Assembly (NCBI GenBank): GCA_019058295.1
Contig: JAHPZI010000002.1
Span: 1-64,000, forward strand
Reading direction: 5' to 3'
Length of the DNA stretch: 64,000 nucleotides
Source: Promethearchaeota archaeon
Lineage (GTDB): Archaea > Asgardarchaeota > Lokiarchaeia > Sigyniarchaeales > SOKP01
Positions 10,117 to 19,635 of this stretch are shown one piece after another. The translations under genes and the position numbers were made by a program. Within the stretch, counting starts at the first letter, position 1, and each line of letters begins with the position of its first letter. The notes beneath the pieces are model-generated. The model made no database searches, was not told the origin of the DNA, and saw only the letters and a list, made by a program, of their open reading frames with translations.

Positions 10117-12261
10117 ATGATATCTAAAAAGACAGCGTTTTTGTCTATCGTTATTTTAATTTTAATCCCATTTTCAGGCATTAGTTATTACATATTTGGA
10201 GATAAAAATTTAAATCCTACCAACGTAGTTGCTGATGATGTTCCAGACGTAGATTTGTCTGAATTACCGCAGATAGATTACGATTATCTATGCTATGATT
10301 GGTATAATCCTAAAATTGAAATGTTAATCATTTTGCCACCAAATAAACCTGATTTCGTAAAAGCCGTAGAACCGTTAGCTGAATGGAAAAATGAAAAAGG
10401 TGTAAAAACAATTATTTTGAATGATACCACCGGATTTTCAGGAAGGGATGAAGCTGAAAAAATCCGAAATATGATTAAATATTATTACGAGAGAGAAAAT
10501 ATTAGATGGGTTCTTTTATGTGGGGATGCTCAAAGTAATTTAATTCCTATTCGAGAAGTTTATAATCCTGATCCAAGCGGTGAACCAGCTAGTAAGCCAA
10601 CTGATTTTTATTATGCAGATTTAACAGGCAGCTGGGATTACAATAGAAATGGCGTATTTGGTGAGTCTGCTGTTGAAACAGGAAATGTAGATGAGATTGA
10701 TTGGACGCCAGAAGTATATGTGGGTCGATTACCCGCAAATGATGCTTATGAACTTGAGTTGATGGTAAATAAAACATTAAAATATGAAACAAATCCTTTT
10801 ATTGGTGAATGGATGAATAGAATGCTTTTAGCAGGAGGGATCTCAGACCCTAGCCCTAAATATCCAGGTGATTACGAGGATGAAGGAAGATTAACCCAAT
10901 ATATTTGGAAATCTTATGTTAAATCGAAAATGAATTTTACTCATTTATGTGATTACACTGGTAAATATTATCCTGGAAAATTTATACCTGACGAACCTTT
11001 CGAAGATCTTACTCAGATTAAATTACGTCAGAACATGACTGCTGGATATTCCACAGTTATTATGGCGGGTCATGGTGACAATCAAAATGTGTTTTGTAGG
11101 CTTCTTCCAACATCGGCTGTCGCTTATAACTCTGATGATGCTAAAAATAGCGGTAATACGGACATGCCATCTTTAGTTTATATAGATGCGTGTGAAACTA
11201 CTTCATATGATGACGATAATAATTTAGGTGAAACTTTAATAAATAGATCCAATGCTGGTGCAATTGGAGTTATTGGGGCATTGCGATTTTCATGGTATTA
11301 TTCCAACGATATTAATCTCGAAAAATTAAATCGTGGAAACGCTAAATTATTTTGGGAGGAATTTTTTCAAAATAAAAAATTCCAGCAAGGGAGAGCACTA
11401 TATGACTCAAAAGTTACTTATATGAATAGTGATTATTTTGAAAGAGGAGAGGCAACAATGAATGAAGAATGGCAGCGTAAAAATATTCTAACATATTGTC
11501 TTTTAGGAGATCCTGAAGTGGATATTTATACTGATGTTCCAAAAAATGCATCAAATCCCTTTAAAGGAAATATTTTCGAGGCACAAATGGTTTCAACAGT
11601 AATTAAGAATAATAATGGTAAAGCGGTTCCTTACGCACGAGTACATCTCAGAACTAAAGATGGAAAATATTATACAGCATATGCGGATATAAATGGCAGA
11701 GTTAATTTTCGCCTTCCCGCTCAAGCGGGAGAAAAATACAATGTGACCATAACGGGGCATAATTTAATTCCCTCATACTTTAATTTTTCAACACTTACGG
11801 ACAATTTAGCACCAGAAATTAGCGATGAAGATTGTAGTCCTGATGAACCAACGGTTTATGATAATGTTTGTTTTGAGGTCAATTCATATGATTTAGAATC
11901 GGGTCTTGAAAGCGTATTTTTATTACAATCTGAAGATGATGATGATTTTGATGAATATTTATATTACAGAATGTTAAATAGCTTTAGGGATGATGAAGAT
12001 AATTTGTTTAAACACACGATTCATAATTTAGATCCGGGTAAATACTCATTTCTAATAATAGCAAGAGATTGGGCTAACAATTATCATATCTTAGATGATG
12101 ATAGCTTTGAATTTACAATACCCACGCCAATGATGGATTATCTCCTTATTACAATGTCAATAGCTATTATAAGTATAACAGGGATTTCGATTTTTATAAC
12201 CTACAAAGGGTTTAAGAATTATAAGTATAAATTATTACACTCACGAAACGATTCCTTTTAA
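10117..12261 (+). CDS. C25 family (gingipain-like) cysteine peptidase, secreted and membrane-anchored
   Basis: WVLLCGD, PTDFYYADL, VYVGRLP, catalytic AGHG and DACET, YCLLGDP; N-terminal signal and C-terminal TM. Confidence 0.85.
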   Translation: MISKKTAFLSIVILILIPFSGISYYIFGDKNLNPTNVVADDVPDVDLSELPQIDYDYLCYDWYNPKIEMLIILPPNKPDFVKAVEPLAEWKNEKGVKTIILNDTTGFSGRDEAEKIRNMIKYYYERENIRWVLLCGDAQSNLIPIREVYNPDPSGEPASKPTDFYYADLTGSWDYNRNGVFGESAVETGNVDEIDWTPEVYVGRLPANDAYELELMVNKTLKYETNPFIGEWMNRMLLAGGISDPSPKYPGDYEDEGRLTQYIWKSYVKSKMNFTHLCDYTGKYYPGKFIPDEPFEDLTQIKLRQNMTAGYSTVIMAGHGDNQNVFCRLLPTSAVAYNSDDAKNSGNTDMPSLVYIDACETTSYDDDNNLGETLINRSNAGAIGVIGALRFSWYYSNDINLEKLNRGNAKLFWEEFFQNKKFQQGRALYDSKVTYMNSDYFERGEATMNEEWQRKNILTYCLLGDPEVDIYTDVPKNASNPFKGNIFEAQMVSTVIKNNNGKAVPYARVHLRTKDGKYYTAYADINGRVNFRLPAQAGEKYNVTITGHNLIPSYFNFSTLTDNLAPEISDEDCSPDEPTVYDNVCFEVNSYDLESGLESVFLLQSEDDDDFDEYLYYRMLNSFRDDEDNLFKHTIHNLDPGKYSFLIIARDWANNYHILDDDSFEFTIPTPMMDYLLITMSIAIISITGISIFITYKGFKNYKYKLLHSRNDSF

Positions 12262-12331
12262 GTTTGATCTTTTTTTGAAAAAATTTAATTATTAACCTTT
12301 ATTACCATTTTTAGTCTAAATCATATAAGCA

Positions 12332-12359
12332 AGCATTTACTATGAAATAGTAAAATGCT
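12332..12359. repeat. Inverted repeat/hairpin upstream of the permuted 5S locus
   Basis: AGCATTTACTAT-gaa-ATAGTAAAATGCT (12 bp, one bulged A); imperfectly extendable to about 12323-12366. Confidence 0.6.
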
Positions 12360-12376
12360 GCTATATTACGGATACA

Positions 12377-12583
12377 GCCATAAAAGTTGGTGGCAATTAG
12401 GCACGCGCCGGAAGTTAAACTTGATTTCGTTGACAATAGTACTGCAGTTGCGATCTGTGGGAACTGTCAAACTGTAAATTGATTGCGCGCTTCGCGCCGC
12501 AAGCAAAGATTCGTTTACGGTCATGGGAATCTTGGAAAATACCCGGTCCCATCCGAACCCGGAAGCGCTTTAACTTTTGTGGT
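12377..12583 (+). other. Precursor processing stem and BHB-like motif flanking the permuted 5S rRNA
   Basis: GCCATAAAAGTTGG (12377-12390) pairs with TTAACTTTTGTGGT (12570-12583); GCG 12405-12407/CGC 12566-12568; central helix CCGG 12408-12411/CCGG 12559-12562, each followed by AAG. Confidence 0.8.
12414..12564 (+). rRNA. rrf: 5S rRNA, circularly permuted gene: 3' half 12414-12478, 35-nt linker 12479-12513, 5' half 12514-12564
   Basis: 5' half TTTACGGTCAT...ACCCGGTCCCATCCGAACCCGGAA has the conserved loop C CCGAAC; 3' half GTTAAAC...AGTACTG...GGGAAC...ACTGTAAA has the loop E motifs. Helix I TTTACGGT/ACTGTAAA, helix II GGAATC/GATTTC, helix V TTGACA/TGTCAA and helix IV CTGCAG/CTGTGG all pair. 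Confidence 0.88.
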
Positions 12584-12627
12584 AACTATTATAATTATTT
12601 TAATTTAATCCATTACTTTTTTCAATC

Positions 12628-13224
12628 ATGCCTAGTAAAATAAGAATATTTTTCAAATCAATCGGAAGAAAATGGTTCATATTGCTGATTTTACTTATCC
12701 TTATAATTGCTTATGCTGGCTGGGTTATCGCAGAAAATCTTACACCCGCAATTGTCGCAACAATTATTGCTATGGTGTTGCTTATTTTCTCGTATATAAC
12801 GAGATTTTATAAATCGAAAAAATTAAAAAGATTTATGAAAAAGTATTACAGGATCGAAGATAAAACTATTGCGAAAAAACTTGGTCGTTCTTTACGATCT
12901 GTCCAAGATAAAATGTTTGAATTGTCGCAAAAACAAACAAAAAGGGAGAAATGGCAGTTTTGGAGGAAAGAAAAAAATTGGTTAATTTTATTTTTAAATA
13001 GAAGTTATATTTTTTATCATAAGAATACTATTGAGAAATTTAAAGAATTTCATCATAAAGGTTTAGGAGATAAAAAAATTCTCGAAAATCTAAAAGAATT
13101 TAATATTGAAACAAGAGCAGAAGTAAAGGCCATCGAGGATGCATTAATTAAATATGAAAGACTTAGTGAAAGGGAAATTTCTGTGAAAGAACGAGAAGAA
13201 AGGGAGCGATTTCAGAATTTATAG
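12628..13224 (+). CDS. Hypothetical membrane protein (two N-terminal TM helices, basic cytoplasmic domain)
   Basis: Hydrophobic stretches at aa ~16-60; ATG start. Confidence 0.6.
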   Translation: MPSKIRIFFKSIGRKWFILLILLILIIAYAGWVIAENLTPAIVATIIAMVLLIFSYITRFYKSKKLKRFMKKYYRIEDKTIAKKLGRSLRSVQDKMFELSQKQTKREKWQFWRKEKNWLILFLNRSYIFYHKNTIEKFKEFHHKGLGDKKILENLKEFNIETRAEVKAIEDALIKYERLSEREISVKEREERERFQNL

Positions 13225-13272
13225 ATTCTTTCTAAAACAAATAAAAATAAGAAAAAAAAGTTCCTTTAATAT

Positions 13273-15471
13273 TCATTGAATTTTTTTTAGAAAAGCCTTA
13301 TATCCATTTAATACGGGCATACCTGATAATTTATCTAATTTGGATGAATTGGTTAAAACATTGATGTTTTCACCTGGATGCTGATTAGCATAAGAAAGAT
13401 ACGAGTTCTTATGCCCCCAACCGTGAGGATAACATACAACTCCAGACATTATATCATCAGTGGGGGACACTGGAATTTTAATAGAACCAAATTCGTTTTG
13501 AAGAATCACTAAATCGTGTTCAATTAAATTCAATCGAGTTGCGTCTTGAGAATTTATTAATAATTGAGGTTCTTGTTTATTTCGCCATAAACTTTCGATA
13601 TTGTGCATCCAGGAATTCATGGTTTTCAGATTACGCCTACCAATAACTACAAACTCGTTGATTTGAGACTCAATACGTTTTATATCCTCCATTTTTTTAT
13701 TATATGAGTTTTTACACAATTTTATTTGTTCCTCGATTAAAGGATTTAATAAAGTTATTTTTTTGTTTTTTGTTTGTATATATTTCTTGAGAACTCCATA
13801 TTCATTATTTCCTAATAATATTGTTTCATTATTCCTTAATTTCTTAATGGTTAATGTTCCAGAACTTAAGTGCGGAATTTTTTTTTCGATTACTTGCCCG
13901 AGAAACAGAAATAATTTTATAAAAAATTCGGGATGAAACTCTTTCTTAAAAAGCTTATAAATTTTTGGAATTAAATTTAAAATACGATTTCCAAACATCG
14001 GAACTTTCATCAATCTTGATAAACTCAAAAGAATTTCCCATTCTGCTTTTGGACCATGCTTATCAGGGGTTATTAGAGCATGATTGTATTCCACATGTGG
14101 AAAAATTTGATAATTAAGGTGATAAACCGGAGTGTTAGAATTCTCCATCGGGGTTCTCGTAGGTAATATATAATTCGCAGCGAATTCTGCTGTTTCATTA
14201 TTATAAAAGTCTAGAACAACACATAATTCTAGTTTTTCTAAAGCTCTTCTAAACTCATTTGAATTAGGAGCACTTAAAATTGGATTTCCTCCCGAAATAA
14301 TTAATGCTCTAACAGGATTTTTTTCAATTAAAATCTCTCTGGCTAAAACACTGAGAGGAAACGCACCCATAACCTCCGGATAATTTCCAATACGACTCCT
14401 GTAAGTATCAAAAGCACCCATACCTACTATTTTTCCTAAATTCGCTATATTGATTACATTTTTTCCAAAAATCGCTCCGCCTGGTCTGTCTAGTTTACCA
14501 GCAATGATGTTTAAAACATCAATTGCCCAAGCATTTAGTGTGCTAAAAGTAGATAAGCAGGTACCTAACCTTCCATAGATAACCGCTTTCTTAGTTTTTG
14601 CGAATTTTCGAGAAAGTTTATAAATAGTCTCGGAAGGTATTTTGCAAATTTTCTCGGCAAGTTTAGGAGTAAAAAATTTAACGAGTTCCCTTAAATTTTC
14701 ATAATTCGAACTATTTCGATTAAGATAATTTTTATCCTCTAAACTCTCTAACAAAATGACATTAATCATTGATAAGAGAAAATATATATCTGTATCTGGA
14801 AAAATTGGGATGTGATGTCCATCATTCTTTTTTGTAAGAATTTTTGCAGTTTCATTTCTACGCGGGTCGATTATATATATTTCTCCCCCCCTCCCTTTAA
14901 TTCCTTTCATTACTTTGAGAACATTTGAACAAGTAACTAAACTCAAATTTGTCACTGCTGGATTAGTGCCGATTAGAATTAATAAATCTGTTTTAGGTAT
15001 ATCCGGAATAGGCATTATTATTGAATTTCCATATAGAAAAAACTGTGCAACAAATTTGTTGTTATCATCTACAGATCCGGCGTTAAACATATTTTTACTC
15101 CCAATTGCATCCATAAAGCCTTTGGCGAACATACCATGGGCGTATTGGTGTAATGAATTCGTTCCCATATAATATGCTATAGAATGTGGGGAATATTTGT
15201 TTCGAATATTAGTGAGTTTCGCAGCAATTTCGTGAATTGCTTTTTTCCAAGAAATTTCATGAAAGGTATTACCAGAACGTATTAGAGGTTTTAGAATACG
15301 ATCTTTATCATTAGTAATTTCACCTAAAGCAATCCCTTTTGGACAACAAAATCCGCCACTTAATGGATAATTAGGATCAGGTTTTACAGAAAGGATTTTA
15401 TTGTTATTTACTTCAACTAATAATCCACATCCAGCATTACAAGTAGGGCAACTAAACTTTTTAATAACCAT
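13273..15471 (-). CDS. Molybdopterin-dependent oxidoreductase (DMSO reductase superfamily)
   Basis: N-terminal 4Fe-4S motif CPTCNAGC...FCCPKG, IGTNP, IIDPRRNETA, C-terminal dinucleotide-binding domain MNSWMHN...PHGWG. Confidence 0.9.
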   Translation of the reverse strand: MVIKKFSCPTCNAGCGLLVEVNNNKILSVKPDPNYPLSGGFCCPKGIALGEITNDKDRILKPLIRSGNTFHEISWKKAIHEIAAKLTNIRNKYSPHSIAYYMGTNSLHQYAHGMFAKGFMDAIGSKNMFNAGSVDDNNKFVAQFFLYGNSIIMPIPDIPKTDLLILIGTNPAVTNLSLVTCSNVLKVMKGIKGRGGEIYIIDPRRNETAKILTKKNDGHHIPIFPDTDIYFLLSMINVILLESLEDKNYLNRNSSNYENLRELVKFFTPKLAEKICKIPSETIYKLSRKFAKTKKAVIYGRLGTCLSTFSTLNAWAIDVLNIIAGKLDRPGGAIFGKNVINIANLGKIVGMGAFDTYRSRIGNYPEVMGAFPLSVLAREILIEKNPVRALIISGGNPILSAPNSNEFRRALEKLELCVVLDFYNNETAEFAANYILPTRTPMENSNTPVYHLNYQIFPHVEYNHALITPDKHGPKAEWEILLSLSRLMKVPMFGNRILNLIPKIYKLFKKEFHPEFFIKLFLFLGQVIEKKIPHLSSGTLTIKKLRNNETILLGNNEYGVLKKYIQTKNKKITLLNPLIEEQIKLCKNSYNKKMEDIKRIESQINEFVVIGRRNLKTMNSWMHNIESLWRNKQEPQLLINSQDATRLNLIEHDLVILQNEFGSIKIPVSPTDDIMSGVVCYPHGWGHKNSYLSYANQHPGENINVLTNSSKLDKLSGMPVLNGYKAFLKKIQ

Positions 15472-15522
15472 AATAGAAATTCACGTTGAATATTAAAAAG
15501 AATAAAAATAAAAATTTTAAAT

Positions 15523-15816
15523 TCAGTCTATTTCTCCAAAATCTAAATTAAAGTTAAAATGCTTTCGGATTGGCTTTTTAACATTCCAGATACATTTTAA
15601 TCCCTTTTCAAATTGCACTAAATCACCTTTCTTGAAATCGATTTTTTCCCCCGTTTCAGAATCCGTTACTTCAACTTCTCCATCCAAAATATAACATGTT
15701 TCTGTATCGCCGTAAGACCAATCGAATTCGCTTACCTCTTTGCTCCAAGTACCCCATGAGTTAACATTTAGCTTCTTTAATTCCTCTTCAGATGGGATTT
15801 TCTTCTTCATTTTCAT
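15523..15816 (-). CDS. Cupin domain protein (DUF861/Cupin_3)
   Basis: WGTWSKEVSEFDWSYGDTETCYILDGEVEV...GDLVQFEKGLKCIWNV. Confidence 0.85.
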   Translation of the reverse strand: MKMKKKIPSEEELKKLNVNSWGTWSKEVSEFDWSYGDTETCYILDGEVEVTDSETGEKIDFKKGDLVQFEKGLKCIWNVKKPIRKHFNFNLDFGEID

Positions 15817-16213
15817 TATTTAACCACCTATTCTAAGAATTTACTTATATTAATTAAGTTAGAGATAATTAAGTATAAGTTATTGCTAAATAAATATTTA
15901 TAGAGTTAAGAATCTTTAGAAATAAAATCATAGGATTAAAAATTTGCAGTTAGTAGTTCCAATTTTTTGTGCTTAATTTCAATCTATCAAAAAAATATGT
16001 TTAATAGTGATAAGTTTTATTTAAGAAATAAAAAACAAAAAAAATCAAAAATATAAAATTATATTTACAATTAAGATAAATTAAAATTATCGTGAATTAA
16101 GAATATAAAAAAATAAAAGTAGTAAGATAAAAATTATTATATTGAAAATACAATTTAATGAAAAATTTATTTTAAATTTCTTATTCAATAAAAAATAATA
16201 TCCAAAACAAAGA

Positions 16214-16747
16214 ATGGGTGCAAAATTGCCTAAAAAGTTCATTTTGAAGATTCTCACTGCTGGGGAGGGTGGTGTTGGTAAAACAACGCTCCTTCATAGA
16301 TATGTGGAAGGCCAATTCTCAGCAGAAACAAAAATGACTATAGGTGTAGAGTTTTTCTTAAAAGAAATCGAAGTTGACGGAAAACAATGCACTCTCCAAT
16401 TATGGGACTTCGGGGGGCAAGAACGGTTCCGCTTCTTATTAGAAAGTTATGTTTTAGGAGCAAAAGGTGCCTTATTAATGTTTGATCTAACAAGACCTAT
16501 GACGTTAGAGAACTTACAACAATGGGTTAATATTGTACGTAGAAGTGACAGTAATCTACCGATTCTTTTTTTAGGAACAAAACTCGACCTTGAAAATGAC
16601 GTAATGGTTGATGATGATTATGCTTTGCAATTTAAAGAAAAATTTAATCTTTTTGATTACTTGAAAATTTCTTCAAAATCAGGTGAAAATGTTTTTGAAT
16701 CTTTTGAATTAATAACAAGAACGATCTTAGATCGACAAACCTATTGA
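16214..16747 (+). CDS. Rab/Ras-superfamily small GTPase
   Basis: G1 GEGGVGKT, G2 TIGVEF, G3 WDFGGQERFR, G4 GTKLD, G5 SSK. Confidence 0.92.
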   Translation: MGAKLPKKFILKILTAGEGGVGKTTLLHRYVEGQFSAETKMTIGVEFFLKEIEVDGKQCTLQLWDFGGQERFRFLLESYVLGAKGALLMFDLTRPMTLENLQQWVNIVRRSDSNLPILFLGTKLDLENDVMVDDDYALQFKEKFNLFDYLKISSKSGENVFESFELITRTILDRQTY

Positions 16748-17199
16748 ATTCCAAGAAGTTGAAAAATATTAATATAATCATAATCGACTCTAATTTTATC
16801 CTCCTACCTTTCCAATTTAAAATTGATTATCTAAACGAAATCTACTTAAGTTTGGAAGGAAAAATAAGATTCTACATATTTAAACAAGTTATTGACGAAT
16901 TAAAAGCAAAAGAAAGAAGAGAACCAAAAGCCAGAAAATTTCGGAGAATGTTTAAATCTGGAATGTCATATTTAGAAAAAAATGAAAAAATCTTTCCAAT
17001 TTATTTTGTAGATGAAGTTAAAAATAAATATGAAACCACAGATGAATTTCTATTTAAATGGTGTATTAGATTAAAAAAAGAATATAGACATGTTTTTCTA
17101 GCCACTAATGATTCAGAATTACGTAAAAAAGCCAAAAATTCAAATATTAATGTTATTTTTTTAAGACAAAAGAAATATCTCTGTATTGAAACAGGTTAA
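16744..17199 (+). CDS. PIN-domain ribonuclease (Fcf1/Utp24-like)
   Basis: IIIDSNFILLP, VIDEL, TDEFL, LATNDSELRKKAK...IFLRQ. Confidence 0.8.
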   Translation: MNSKKLKNINIIIIDSNFILLPFQFKIDYLNEIYLSLEGKIRFYIFKQVIDELKAKERREPKARKFRRMFKSGMSYLEKNEKIFPIYFVDEVKNKYETTDEFLFKWCIRLKKEYRHVFLATNDSELRKKAKNSNINVIFLRQKKYLCIETG

Positions 17200-17469
17200 T
17201 TAATGTGTCCATAATTCGGTAAAAATTCTGAATATTTTTTAGAACTATGCTTTTTATAATGAGAATTTTAATTAAATATTCATAGTTTATAATGAAATTT
17301 TTTATATACTTTTATTAATATAATTATGATTGAAAAAAAAACAATAATTTATTTAAAGAAATATAATTTATATATGAGAATTATAGAAATAAGATCCAAT
17401 TATTAATTTAATCAATTTAGCGATACTTTAGTCTTTAATTAAATATAGTTGAATAGGAAAAAAATAAAA

Positions 17470-17997
17470 ATGAGTAGACCTCTCGTACTAAAAATACTCA
17501 CTTCTGGTGATGGTGGTGTCGGGAAAACCACTCTCCTTCACAAATACATTGAGGGAGAATTTCTGGCAGACACTAAGATGACTATAGGAGTTCAGTTCTC
17601 TATAAAAGAATTGAACATTGATGGATTTGATGTTATTCTACAAATCTGGGATTTTGGCGGACAAGAACGATTTCGCTTTTTATTAGAGAATTATGTTATA
17701 GGAGCTAGAGGAGCTCTTCTAATGTTTGATTTAACTCGCACAATAACTTTAGAAAATATAGAAGAATGGGTGAATATTTGTAGATCGAAAGATCCAAACT
17801 TACCCATTATATTCTTAGGAACAAAGGCTGATTTGGTTGAGGAACAAAGTTTAGATGAAGATTATATATTATATCATAAAGAAAAATACAATCTGTTCGA
17901 TTATATGATTACATCTTCTAAAACGGGGCTAAATGTTGAAAATGCATTTGAGAGTTTAACAAGATATATTATTAAAACTATTTTCTTAAAGCATTAA
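17470..17997 (+). CDS. Rab/Ras-superfamily small GTPase (paralog of 16214)
   Basis: GDGGVGKT, TIGVQF, WDFGGQERFR, GTKAD, SSKTG; ATG at 17470 preferred over TTG 17449. Confidence 0.92.
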   Translation: MSRPLVLKILTSGDGGVGKTTLLHKYIEGEFLADTKMTIGVQFSIKELNIDGFDVILQIWDFGGQERFRFLLENYVIGARGALLMFDLTRTITLENIEEWVNICRSKDPNLPIIFLGTKADLVEEQSLDEDYILYHKEKYNLFDYMITSSKTGLNVENAFESLTRYIIKTIFLKH

Positions 17998-18147
17998 AGA
18001 ATTAAAAGTTAACAAACAAATGATATTTGATTTAAAATCTATATCATAATGAAGAAATAACCATTGAAGACGAAGATATAACTGAAAATGTTTATTTATA
18101 CTCATTAAATATTTACCTATAAAAATGTATTTCCCTATTGAGTAATT

Positions 18148-19359
18148 ATGAAATTCTCTGAAATAAAATTTAATTTTATTTGTCCTAAAATTATTTTTGG
18201 TAAAGGTCGGATTGGCGAACTAAGTCAAGAAATTGTAAATACATTAAAACCAAAAGGAATTGAACATCTTAAAACGTTTTTAATTATTGGTAAAAATTCC
18301 TTAAAAAGGTCTGGTTATTTAGAAAAAATAAGAAGGAGTCTAGAGGAGTTAAAAATTGAATTAGAAATTTATGATAAAGCAGGGAAAGAACCTACTACTA
18401 CAATTTTAAATGAAGGAAAAGAAATTGCTCTCGAACAAAAAGCAAATGTTATCGTTGGCATTGGCGGAGGGAGTGTTATGGATACAGCGAAAGGTATAGC
18501 TGGTTTGGTAACAAATGGGGGAATTGTAGAAGATTATCATGCAGGGAAAGAATTTTTAAAATCCCCATTACCATTTATATTAATCCCTTCAACTTCAGGC
18601 ACGGGCTCTGAGGTCACTAACAATGCTGTAATTAAAGATGAAAATTCTGGTGTTAAAAAAAGTATCAGAGGATTATGGGCAAGTTTAGCATTATTAGATC
18701 CTAAAATTACATTATCTTTACCAAAAAAGTACACTGCTTACGCTGGTGCGGATGCTTTAGTTCAAGCAATAGAATCACTAGTTTCAAAGGGATCAAATTT
18801 TATCTCAGTTTTCTTTGCTAAGGAAGCAATTAAATTGTTAGGGCCAAATTTGCCTAAAGTATATGCAGATTTAGCAAACATTGACTTAAGAGAGAAAATG
18901 ATGCTCGGTAGCTTGCTAGATGGGTTATCTTTCGCAAACGGAAAGCTAGGAGCAGTTCACGGTTTTGCACATCCTATCGGAATAAAGTACGATTTGCCTC
19001 ATGGTTTAATTTGCGGGCTTCTTCTACCATATGTTATGGAATATAATAGACCATTAAATAATGTAGCAGAGAAGTATGCGTGGATTGCTGAATTATTTAA
19101 TAAAGAAAAAATTCTTACGGATTATGGAGAATGCCCAAAATTAATGCCTACTGATAAAAAAGGAAAAGCTAAATGGATAATTGAAAAAATTAAGGATATC
19201 TTCCAGTATATCGGAATTCCGCTTCATCTTAGCGATGTAGGAATTAGAGAAGAAGATATCGATGACATTGTAAAAGATACTACGGGAAGTTCTTTAGCTA
19301 ATAATCCAAGAGATACGGATAAACAAACCCTAAAAGAAATTCTTTTAAATGCATTATAA
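18148..19359 (+). CDS. Iron-containing alcohol dehydrogenase
   Basis: GIGGGSVMDTAK, PSTSGTGSEVT, HGFAH, PHGLIC. Confidence 0.92.
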   Translation: MKFSEIKFNFICPKIIFGKGRIGELSQEIVNTLKPKGIEHLKTFLIIGKNSLKRSGYLEKIRRSLEELKIELEIYDKAGKEPTTTILNEGKEIALEQKANVIVGIGGGSVMDTAKGIAGLVTNGGIVEDYHAGKEFLKSPLPFILIPSTSGTGSEVTNNAVIKDENSGVKKSIRGLWASLALLDPKITLSLPKKYTAYAGADALVQAIESLVSKGSNFISVFFAKEAIKLLGPNLPKVYADLANIDLREKMMLGSLLDGLSFANGKLGAVHGFAHPIGIKYDLPHGLICGLLLPYVMEYNRPLNNVAEKYAWIAELFNKEKILTDYGECPKLMPTDKKGKAKWIIEKIKDIFQYIGIPLHLSDVGIREEDIDDIVKDTTGSSLANNPRDTDKQTLKEILLNAL

Positions 19360-19361
19360 GA

Positions 19362-19560
19362 AGATCAAATTCAGAACTGTTAGTAGTTAATGCCTTTAAA
19401 CTCTTCTCCCATATATCTATCCCCAATTTAAATTTCATATTCTTACATTTTCGGGCATTAACTACTATTTTTTCTGCTGTTGTTTCACCTACCCCCCTAT
19501 TACTAAATTTTGGAAATTTTTTTTTCAAAATATTAATATTTTCTAGAGTATTTAAATGAT
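19362..19560 (-). pseudogene. Probable relic of a radA/Rad51-like gene N-terminus
   Basis: RGVGETTAEKIVVNARK..MKFKLGIDIWEK...LTTNSSEFDLL resembles RadA HhH, polymerisation motif and ITTGSKxLDxLL; no ATPase domain follows. Confidence 0.45.
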
Positions 19561-19635
19561 CCCTCAAAAGAGATATCAAATGAGATCTCAAAAAAAGAAA
19601 AAAAAATAAATACTCTTTTATACTAAGTTAATTGT

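Noticed and set aside
12408-12565. Two truncated tandem 5S pseudogenes instead of one permuted gene
   Set aside because: The halves are exactly complementary, overlap only by the CCGGAAG needed for the BHB, keep all helices intact, and are enclosed by a dedicated 14-bp flanking stem.
15817-16213. Very AT-rich 400-bp intergenic region considered as a replication origin
   Set aside because: No ORB-like repeats and no adjacent orc1/cdc6; consistent with divergent promoters.
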